DNA of 11,832 nucleotides from contig JADGIF010000281.1 in NCBI GenBank assembly GCA_018985225.1, forward strand, positions 1 through 11,832, in the 5' to 3' direction. The position numbers and the translations under genes are program-made. How positions within the stretch are numbered: the first letter of the stretch is position 1; the number at the start of each line of letters is the position of its first letter. The stretch comes from Amoeboradix gromovi X-113 (lineage: Eukaryota; Fungi; Sanchytriomycota). Below are positions 1 through 8,362 of the stretch, piece by piece. The notes below the pieces were generated by a model. The model was not told where the DNA came from, ran no database searches, and saw nothing but the letters and a program-made list of their open reading frames with translations.

Positions 1-163
1 ATGTTTGAACGAGATGCAGGGTCTTCTAGCTTTATTTTGAAAAGAGGAATACAATCAATGAAAGAAAATTGGTATAATAGAAGATCTTTTATTAATGATT
101 TCCTCTGTATGGAGCACCTCCTTTAAAAACGAGTTAGTCTAGTTTTTATATTTGGTGTCCCAA
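1..163 (+). mobile_element. Right end of a TIR element (partial, cut by window start); same family as 6823-7311
   Basis: Aligns to 7145-7312 with one 5-nt indel. Ends in the right TIR AGTTAGTCTAGTTTTTATATTTGGTGTCCC (132-161), identical to 7281-7310. Frame 1-126 reads MFERDAGSSSFILKRGIQSMKENWYNRRSFIND. Confidence 0.93.
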
Positions 164-618
164 ATATATGTTCATCGCTACAATATAGTCTCTAATTACT
201 TCTTAATGACAGTTTTACACCTGTACAAGTATCACCACTACATGGTTCATAAAATTTTTGCTCAAATTTTTCTTCTTTTTTTGCGCTTTCACTTCATTTT
301 TAGACCAGTGATATAATGTACTGTTTTATTGCAATTGGAATAGTATAGAAAGAGAGTAAATTGGAGAGACATAGCGCATTTAATCACAACGAATGGCTGA
401 ATCAATCAGTATCGAGAACTGTTAATGCTGTTATACAGTCTGAGAGGTTTTGTTATATGATTTTGAAAACATTTTTGTGGGGTTTCGGACATCTACTAAT
501 TCAAAACCTTCTATTCTTATTCCCTATTACTTCCCTCAAGAGTGCTTTTCATAGGGTTTCTCTTGCGTTTTGAGTTGCATAAACTGGAGAACAACTTTTG
601 AAGGGAGATTTGCAGGAG

Positions 619-1818
619 ATGATTTCTTCATTACTATGGTTACCTCGAGGGCAGTTGAACGCTAAACCCGAGCCGTACATGCCAACAGAAGAGGAAATGG
701 GTAAGGAAGTTCGAGAATATGCAGATGAGTTCGAAGCAGAGTACAATGAAGAAGGTGACTTCATGGACGCAATGATGAAAGAGCAGATGGATGAAATGGA
801 TATTGCAGACCTGGACTATACTGAAGATCCGGATCTCGATGATGTCCTTAAGCAGACTGATCATATTTTATGTGTGGGTAAAGTCGGAGAAGTGTCTACC
901 ATAGAGTATCAAATATTCGATATCGATCAGCGTTCATTGTACATTCATAGAGACTTGATGTTGCCTTCTATTCCGCTGTGCTCGGAGTTTGTGAATCCCT
1001 TTCTTATAGTGGGATCGTTTGAACCAGTAATTGAGATGTGGAATGCTAATTTTTATGACAAGTTGACACCGGATGTGGAACTCAAAGGCCATACTGATGC
1101 TGTGCTGTCACTCAGCTCTAACAGCATTGCAAACAATGTACTTTTAAGCGGTAGTTCAGACTGTACAGTAAAATTGTGGGATATTTCTAAAGCCAAAGTT
1201 GTCGACACTTTTAACCATCATGCTGATAAAGTCCAAACTATCAAATGGCACTTTTCGGAAGCTACAGTTCTGGCAACAGGTGGATTTGACGGGCTGGTTT
1301 ACGTAGGAGACACGCGATCTAAAACCAACTTTTCCAAAATAGAAATTGGAGGAGAAATTGAAAGGCTTGACTGGGGATTCAAAGAATACGAGTTGATTAT
1401 TTCTAATAACAATGGAGAAATCTCTTGCTATGACATAAGGTCCATGGAACGACTATACACAATTGGTTTATCCAATGCTTGCACATTTGCAAAGTCGCTT
1501 GGAAACTTACTTGTAATAGCCTCTCCACAAGATCATTCATCTAACATATCAATTTGGAAAGTATCTGATAAACCTGAAAGACTTTACTTGAAATCTGTTG
1601 ATGGTAATGTTTTAGACATTAAAAGCTGTCCAGAGAATCCGGAACTAATAGCGATTGGGGGAAATAACTCTCAAATATGGGATTTATCAAGCATAAAAAA
1701 ACTAAGGAAGTTAATCCCCGAGTTGGATGCTCTTGAAAGAAGAGATGATGGTATATTCACTCCATATGACTTTGATGATGAAAACCAAACTGATGATGAG
1801 ATCGAGGCAAAAAACTAA
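619..1818 (+). CDS. PWP1: Periodic tryptophan protein 1 homolog (WD40, ribosome biogenesis), 399 aa
   Basis: ATG at 619 gives MISSLLWLPRG, matching the Pwp1 N-terminus (yeast MISATNWVPRG). It is followed by an acidic region, LYIHRDLMLPSIPLCSE (Pwp1 LYVHHD-type motif) and WD40 repeats such as GHTDAVLSLS...LLSGSSDCTVKLWD and HHADKVQTIKWH. The TTG start at 598 in the ORF track is not needed. Confidence 0.9.
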   Translation: MISSLLWLPRGQLNAKPEPYMPTEEEMGKEVREYADEFEAEYNEEGDFMDAMMKEQMDEMDIADLDYTEDPDLDDVLKQTDHILCVGKVGEVSTIEYQIFDIDQRSLYIHRDLMLPSIPLCSEFVNPFLIVGSFEPVIEMWNANFYDKLTPDVELKGHTDAVLSLSSNSIANNVLLSGSSDCTVKLWDISKAKVVDTFNHHADKVQTIKWHFSEATVLATGGFDGLVYVGDTRSKTNFSKIEIGGEIERLDWGFKEYELIISNNNGEISCYDIRSMERLYTIGLSNACTFAKSLGNLLVIASPQDHSSNISIWKVSDKPERLYLKSVDGNVLDIKSCPENPELIAIGGNNSQIWDLSSIKKLRKLIPELDALERRDDGIFTPYDFDDENQTDDEIEAKN

Positions 1819-1838
1819 TTATTTAATAAATTGATTTG

Positions 1839-4800
1839 TTACTTAAATGTCTCTGGACTGGCACAATAAGGACAGCGTTGTCTATATTTAATGAACTTGT
1901 TCCAATCTGTAACGTTGGCACTATGTTGACAACTCGTACATTTCACCTCCTCACATATTCTAGTCCCGCTAACTATGCACATTTGATATTTCATACTGCA
2001 GTGGCTACATTGCAGCTGGTGTAAAAATAAAGGTTTTTTGCATGTACAATATTGTTTAAAGTCAGGACTTAAAATAATTTGCTCTGCGGATTTTTTCAAA
2101 ACGTATTCCTGTAACTCTTTTCGTTTAAAATTTATGTTCACCGACTTTGGCAAGCTCTTTAACTGAGGTACAAAATCTAACATCTGAACTGAGCTGATAT
2201 CGTTTCCTTGATCCTCTACTGCATCACATATATCCAAATAGTAATTTAGCAGTTTGAATGCACAATACTCGTTAAAATCCTATATGAGTATTTAAGCTAC
2301 TTTTGCAGCATTTCCTGCATCATAAATTACTTCTAAGGGATCAACGTAGTCAATGTACCTAGTTAGGCTCATGTTTATTTTATAAATTAGTTCCTTGTCT
2401 AGCTCTAGCTCAGCTACTGCCCTATTTTGATACAGCAACAAGATATCAAAATACGGTTCTAAAGAGACGTACTCTTTTCTTTTAGTCATTATCTCGTTAC
2501 TGTGCTCCAGTAACTTGTTTTCTACACAGTGTGCTAGAATCAGTTTCATTTGTTCTGTGTCTAGTTTTGCTTTGTTTGCAAGTATCTGTGACAATGATCC
2601 GTTTTGCAGCCCCAGTTTTATCTGCTGCGCAGCGTCTACTGTTAGCTTTTGTTGCTGCCCCAAAGGTTTAACATTGTACTTTGCCTTGTATTCTGCGTAC
2701 AAATGAGGGATGTACTTTTGACAATAACTCATTCCCAGATCTATCAATTTATCGTTCATATAAATCTGTAACAGATCTTGCACCATGTTACATTTTAGAC
2801 TCAGTTCGTCAGCATATGCATAATTCTTTTCCTTTACCAAGTTACTCAATTCCTTACTTATACAACTTTGTAGCTGATATTGCTTTACTGTACTTAATAC
2901 TTGCAAAGTATCCCTTTTGCTTATGTAATAGTTTAGAACATTTGCGTACGCTTTACATTTTACATAGTATTCCACACACCGTTCATCATCTATTTCTTTT
3001 AGATATTGAGCGTATTTCAAATAAACTGCGGGTTGGAAATGCATATGGTGTGGCAGCAATTCTAATACTAATTCAAAATCATTCATGCTTAGTCCATATT
3101 CCAAGGCATTTAGTGTATATTCGGTTGGTATACTCTTGCTATTTTTGGCCCATAGATAGCAGACCTGATTTTTGTACTTGGTTTTACTACTCAGCCTCAT
3201 AGCGTCAGAAAATTGTTTATTTTGTAAATACCTCATGATAATTCCCTTTTCATCTCCCATATACAAATAATAGTACTCCATATCCTCTATTTTTGTTAGT
3301 TTTTCGATAATGCGAGCGCAGTAAGTTTTTTTATCCTCTGTGAGTGATAGCAATTCTGAATAAAACCCTTTATCAAATAATGTTTCGAATCCTGAACTTT
3401 CGCTGTCTAGCAGCTGGTGCAATTTGATGAATAATGTGTGATTATTAATCAGCAAATCATTCAAGGCACCTGCATAGTGTTTCGGGTCTTTGCTAATGGC
3501 TATTGCGTTGTTATACAATTGTAAATCACAGTATATCGATACTGATTTACCTATATCAACTTTTGAATATATATCTGCTGCTTTCTCGTAGAGGCCATTC
3601 TTGTACAGATATTCTGCATATTGTAGCAACAATTGAGGGTTGCTTGGCACATATTCTTTGTTTATATACAATGAACATTCAAATGCTTTGTTTTGATCAA
3701 TCTGAAGCGCCAAGTCATATGCATTTAGGTAGTCTCTATGATACATTAGGCTATTTAAGTGCTTGATCCTTATATCCATAAACCTTGAATCTTTAGGGTC
3801 CATTAATGATATTGCCTTGGAATAACAACTATGTTTGATACACAGATTAATTGCCAAGTCCATACTATTTAGCATCACATATAAGTCGCATGCTTCTGTG
3901 ATAAACCCGTAGCGTTCTAACTGCTCAGCACATGTATACAAAAGCTGCTTATTTGTAGTTGAGCCTTGTTTGATTGATTTGTATTGATCATAAACAGTAT
4001 CAAATTCGGCACTAATAATACTTGCAGATACTTTACTTTTTTCGCTGTTCTTGTTGCATAGGCTCAAGTAGTAATAGCCCTGACAATACAAATTTAAGTC
4101 GAAGCTGCATTTACTAGCTATATAGTAGTCGTTTTGCTGGATCGCTTGATTCAATAATAAATTAGAGTTATTCAAATTGAAAAGGTCATGCTGATACAAC
4201 GATTGTTTTAAATCTGTTGATTTCAATGTAATGGGATATTGATATTCAGCATTATTGAATTTGGTGATTATTATATTATTTTCAACGTGTTTGAGATTCC
4301 CGACTACTTGGAAACTTGTTAATATTGTGTCTGCTTTGTAAATAAATATCGTGTGAGACTGTTGTACAATTAGTAAGTCATTGTATGTCACAGCGATTTC
4401 ACCACTAGTTAAAAGGCTCTTATTGTAATTTACATGGTTGATGTAAAATATATCACCATTACTGAATTGGACATACAAGTTGCTGTTTAACAAAATTAGT
4501 TTAATATCCAACAATTCCAAACTAAATATTTGTTTTCCCTGTAATTCTTTTAAAATTAGTATATCATCATGATAGTACGCAATTAAATCATTGTGGATAG
4601 ATATGAAGTTGGGATGTAAATTGTTACAATGGATCGCAGTCAGTATGCGATCGTTGTTTATTATGAACACTTGATCATCCACCAATATGAAAACATAAGT
4701 GGCAAACATGAACAGCTCATCGTCGGACTGTCGATGCCACTCTACAGTAGAGGTTGAATTAGAAAAGATGTTCACAAACTTAATAGAGGTCTGGGTTTTG

Positions 4801-5777
4801 CAAATAATCATATCCTTGGTTATATCAATGTATTTAATAGGCTCATCGTTGCGAATGAAATACGCTTTGTTATCGTGTATATTCTTAACTGTACAACAGC
4901 TAGACAGATGATAGTTGATTAAAAACGTGTCTTTATACAATTCGCTCCTCAAAATGAGCTCAATTCGATCACAAACACCGTCATATGTACCAACAAGAAG
5001 TGCTTGGCCAGAATATTCGTAGCATACTGAGCTTATGCCAAACAACTTGCATCCTATTTTATCAACAAGAAATGACGACATATCAATTATATACAGCGAT
5101 GATTCGGTAGATATGGCCAAGAATTCATTGTTTGGAGACATAGAAAGACTACTGATGTATTGAAATGGCGCTTGCCAAATCACAGTACCAAACTCATTGC
5201 AAATTAATAGATTAGATTCATTGGCAATAATTACATTTTTATTGCTTAATCTTAAGTGCTGTATCTCACCAACACATTTTTTGAAAATCTGGTGCACAGG
5301 ATTTTCATTAACAGTCATCTTTAATATAGTACCATCACTTTGACCGATAAAACAATGCACAAAGTCGCTATCAAATGAAGTAATGGTGACTTTCGATTGG
5401 TATAATGTAGTTGCCTTGTTGCTTTGCAAATTGCCATACTTAACCTTATTTTCATTAGTAACAAATAACAAATCGTTTTTTAGGACTAAATGAGTAATCG
5501 GTTGACTACTGGAGAATTTATTACAAATGACCTTCTTTTCCTGTATTTTATATATATAGACATATCCATCTATTTGTCCAACTGCTAGTAAACTGTTATA
5601 ACTGATTACTGTACAAATTTGCTTGATACTAAATTTATCTAATCTTTTATCCTTATCATAAATATAAATAGTTTTATCGCTTGTTGCTATGACAGTATTC
5701 TCATAACTGCTTATGCCTATTATACTGCGAATATCATCTTTCGAAGCTAGCAAATGTTGAGACTCGCCGATAAGCAT
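1839..5777 (-). CDS. IFT172: Intraflagellar transport protein 172, complement(join(1839..2279,2301..5777)), 1305 aa, divergent and shortened
   Basis: N-terminal IFT172 motifs RLDKFS, LAVGQID.YVYIYKI, EKKVICNKF and KVKYGNLQSNKATTLY, then beta-propeller and TPR-like helical regions. The spliced junction reads LTRYIDYVDPLEVIYDAGNAAK|DFNEYCAFKLLNYYLDICDAVED (cf. human [33 protein letters not shown]). The C-terminus has CIVSG...ANVTDWNKF plus CxxC pairs. Confidence 0.92.
2280..2300 (-). other. 21-nt spliceosomal intron (phase 0) in IFT172: GTAGCTTAAATACTCATATAG
   Basis: GT...AG boundaries and two in-frame stops (TAA, TAG). Removal joins the 1161-aa and 132-aa ORFs and restores near-canonical IFT172 motif spacing. 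Confidence 0.88.
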
Positions 5778-5859
5778 TTTTCACTAGTTTCAGCTGAATA
5801 CGTTTCACACTGACGTTAAATACGAAATTTACCTACACATTGCTTTAATGAGCTTTGAG

Positions 5860-6283
5860 ATATTGCACTAAAGATGTTTTCATAGGTTCATATCTCTACG
5901 GCTCCAATGATCACAAACCTCACATTGAAAATGACCTTGTATCACATTCTCTTCACTTATTGTCTCATAAAACACGGGAATTAGTGGAATAGATTTATTA
6001 TACAATAAAAATCTTGTCCACTTTATTTGCTTGTAAAAGCTAATCTTTGCCTAAAGCTTTGCAACCTGGGGTAGATACAATTTAAGCATATGTTTGCCTG
6101 GTTTGATATCACTATGGTATTCGTGACTGCTGCTGAAGTATTTGAATTTTCTCAAATATTAAATTTTTCTGAGCTAATTATTGCATTGAAGTGCTTAATG
6201 ATTGAACATGCTGAACCATAGTAACTCTGGTAATTGTTGAGTTCTTTTTATTTCACATAATCTAATAGGTCGCATTTCCCTAA
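5860..6283 (-). pseudogene. Decayed Fanzor1/TnpB-like nuclease C-terminal region (multiple stops and frameshifts)
   Basis: Ordered motifs on the minus strand: LLDYVK*KELNNYQSYYGSACSIIKHFNAIISSEK (YYGS at ~6223-6212); HSDIKPGKHMLKLYLPQVAKL; IFIV**IYSTNSRVL* (6012-5965, spacing of V-x-E-x-Y-T-S-x-x-C-x-x-C with taa, cgt and tga each one base from E, C, C); GHFQCEVCDHWSRRDMN then, after a frameshift, YENIF (CxxC...RDxNxxxNI). Confidence 0.6.
6069..6122. repeat. Diverged direct repeat, copy A (partner 7617-7670)
   Basis: 45/54 identical and ungapped. Minus-strand translations are EYHSDIKPGKHMLKLYLP versus EDHRDINPGKNMLKQYPP. Confidence 0.85.
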
Positions 6284-6822
6284 CCTGAAGCTACCGACAT
6301 CAGAAACTAGTTCTGTTACAGTGCACAAAAATCACACGACTGTTTTAACAGCTGTTCACTTTTGAAATCTTTGACAAGAGCCCAGCTGTATCACCATTCA
6401 TTGCAAAGAAGTGCACAAGGACTAATTCATATAAAATGCACATTATAACCTGCAAAAATCTGTGATGAAGATATCATACATTAGGAAAAAGAAACCTAGC
6501 AAGAGGTCTAATTAAGTAGACCATCAAAAATCTCAGTGCCAGAATGGTAGACATACTGCGCATCTCAAGATATAACGATCAAGAAATGGATGCCAACCTT
6601 GAGATCACTATAATATGAGTCTAGCGGTTTTGCAATAGCTTAAGAGAAAGTGAAAAGAGAATCACGAACTAGTTAGGTAGAGAGAACAAATCCGGTAAGA
6701 AATAAAAAAGGTTAAGACAAGTATGGCTTGATTTGAAAGATATGTCAAGTAAGTCTGTGATAGATTCGATGATGATAGGAAGCCGAAACGTAGAAATTTT
6801 AGCAAGCTTGGAATTTTGCATA

Positions 6823-7311
6823 TGGGACATCAAATATAAAAACTGGACTAACTTTCTATAACAACTTGGAAGATTATTTCAGCTTTATTAATTTTATGGA
6901 TTTAAGAGGCGAGTGGACATTCAGCTAGTTGCGGAGTTGACGAGTATGAAAGGAAAATAAATATTCTGTACAGCTATTCTCTTACTCTTTCATCCAATCA
7001 TTATTTCAAATAAAATATCAATATTACTCTGTAAAAACTAGAATAGATAAGAGTAATAATGTTAGTATAACATTACAAAATGGCTCTAGAAAAGAGTACC
7101 GTCTAAGAAAATGCACCTTTTGCTCAGATGCTCAAAGACCTCATATATTTGAACGAGATGCAGGGTATTCTAGTTTTGTTATGAAGAGGGGATTGGAAGT
7201 AATGAAAGAAAATTGGTATAATAGAAGATCTTTTATTAATGATAGCATTTCCTCTGTATGGTGCACCTTATTTAAAAACGAGTTAGTCTAGTTTTTATAT
7301 TTGGTGTCCCA
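6823..7311 (+). mobile_element. Complete non-autonomous TIR element (~490 bp), internally deleted; exact termini uncertain (6819-6824 left, 7310-7315 right)
   Basis: Left TIR 6824-6853 GGGACATCAAATATAAAAACTGGACTAACT matches the reverse complement of 7281-7310 (GGGACACCAAATATAAAAACTAGACTAACT) at 28/30. Both halves recur elsewhere in the window with different flanks. Confidence 0.93.
6950..7291 (+). pseudogene. Start-less 113-codon open frame ending in a Fanzor/TnpB-like zinc-finger plus RuvC-III segment
   Basis: No stop from 6950 to TAG at 7289-7291. Reads ...KEYRLRKCTFCSDAQRPHIFERDAGYSSFVMKRGLEVMKENW...; RD-x10-GL has the spacing of TnpB RDxNAAxNILxRGL, but the two Asn residues are absent. 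Missed by the ORF track because the first ATG is at 7181. Confidence 0.6.
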
Positions 7312-7312
7312 A
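7202..7312 (+). ncRNA. Candidate Fanzor omegaRNA scaffold (the guide would come from flank 3' of the TIR)
   Basis: Much more conserved against the 58-163 copy than the preceding coding part. Two predicted stem-loops: 7219-7238 and 7260-7309. Confidence 0.45.
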
Positions 7313-7616
7313 GTGTAACAATAGTAAAATTTATCCCATACTTTAAAAACAAATATTAATCTTTCTGCTAAAGGATACTCTCACTGGTTAAGACTGCACT
7401 AAAACAGTTTTGCGAAAGTTTTAAAGAAGCACCGAGCTCTCATTCACCAACCAAATGCAAGTTGACCATGGGCATGCAGAAATTCAACGCATTAAAGTAA
7501 TAGTTTGTCTCTAAAACTTTTAGAATTGTGCCATACAGCAATTGTTGAAGCGTTACTGAAATAGTTTTGCAAGATCTGAAAAAATCACAGTCACATTTCT
7601 GAAGTGTAGACACGTA

Positions 7617-7670
7617 GGGTGGATATTGTTTAAGCATATTCTTGCCTGGATTGATATCTCTATGGTCTTC
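7617..7670. repeat. Diverged direct repeat, copy B (partner 6069-6122); probable second fragment of the same nuclease relic on the minus strand
   Basis: 45/54 identity. Lies in ORF 7440..7706(-), about 200 bp inside the degenerate TIR at 7863-7889. Confidence 0.8.
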
Positions 7671-7862
7671 ATTCCTTTCATGCAATATTAGATAAAGGAC
7701 TATCAAGTGATAATTTGAAAGTTGTTGAATGTTTGCACGAATTTAGCGAAGCGAATCATATTCATTGTTTTGCGGACAGCGAGGATAAATTCTTGCAAAT
7801 GTAGCCAATACTATGAAATAAATTTATTTGTTTTTAACTTAAGAAGCCCATTGAAAGAAGAG

Positions 7863-7889
7863 GTTTAGCTTTTATGTTCGGCGTCCCAA
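7863..7889. mobile_element. Degenerate TIR of the same or a related family
   Basis: GTTTAGCTTTTATGTTCGGCGTCCCAA versus GTCTAGTTTTTATATTTGGTGTCCCAA (7286-7312): 22/27 ungapped, and all five differences are transitions. Confidence 0.75.
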
Positions 7890-7896
7890 TTAATTA

Positions 7897-7910
7897 TGAT
7901 TGGCCAATCA
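7897..7910. promoter_or_regulatory. Perfect 14-bp palindrome TGATTGGCCAATCA, i.e. two back-to-back CCAAT(CA) boxes
   Basis: The palindrome is seen directly, 53 nt upstream of ATG 7964. A function as an NF-Y/HAP site is inferred only. Confidence 0.35.
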
Positions 7911-7963
7911 ATGTCAATAGATTGTAATTGTATCCACCAACATCGTCGTGAGGTGATTTGAAA

Positions 7964-8362
7964 ATGAGATTCAAACTTGATCAACTACCGCATACATACA
8001 TCGAAAACTATAAACAGATAACTAAAGAGTATTGGGAGTTAGAAACAAGGACATCTAATTTTGTTCGCAAATTACAAGAGCTTCCCGAAAATAGAGTACT
8101 TTTGGGCATTCATTACGAGGCAGCTTGGGAAAAAATCAATCTTTTGATATGCATTTCTGAAAACCATCGAGACTTGGAATACTGGAAGTTGTTTTGTACG
8201 AGACATTGTTCTCCTATTACGGCAGACGAAAGAAGGGCATTGGAACGGTGGAGCACATTTTATTTGACAAAGAATGAGAACTTATGCAGAAAAATGGACT
8301 TGGGAAACTCATTTGTAAACAGGGCGTATAACATAGTTTGCAATTCCTTTCAATCAATGTAA
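7964..8362 (+). pseudogene. 132-aa ORF of unknown function; probably the intact 5' part of a longer decayed gene (possibly a Fanzor1 N-terminal half extending to ~9125)
   Basis: Long ORF with protein-like composition in AT-rich DNA. The same frame continues 28 codons past the TAA (QNIPMDYYKKLCIENSEVLENQEFPQRK*). No firmly recognised domain. Confidence 0.4.

Noticed and set aside
380-475. Minus-strand VLDTD*FSHSL resembling a Fanzor TDG motif
   Set aside because: A single short motif needing a stop reversion, with no collinear RuvC motifs nearby.
361-864. Small ORFs 361..573(+), 549..764(-), 640..864(-)
   Set aside because: No recognisable motifs; two are antisense shadows of PWP1.
2280-2300. 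TAA/TAG reassignment to Gln (as in Amoeboaphelidium protococcarum) allowing read-through between the IFT172 ORFs
   Set aside because: All four genes end at TAA at expected positions and have no other internal TAR codons. The GT-AG intron gives better motif spacing, and the kinase break needs a frame change.
1836-4911. Plus-strand ORFs inside IFT172 (1836, 2515, 2681, 3503, 4699)
   Set aside because: Antisense shadows of a well-supported gene, with no motifs.
7475-7590. Plus-strand SKTFRIVPYS resembling the Fanzor1 KxFsllP motif
   Set aside because: Isolated, flanked by stops, and within chance expectation.
7440-7706. ORF with HRDINPGKN as a protein kinase catalytic loop
   Set aside because: No DFG, APE or Gly-rich loop. 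The paralogous copy reads HSDIKPGKH and is embedded among zinc-finger/RuvC-like motifs.
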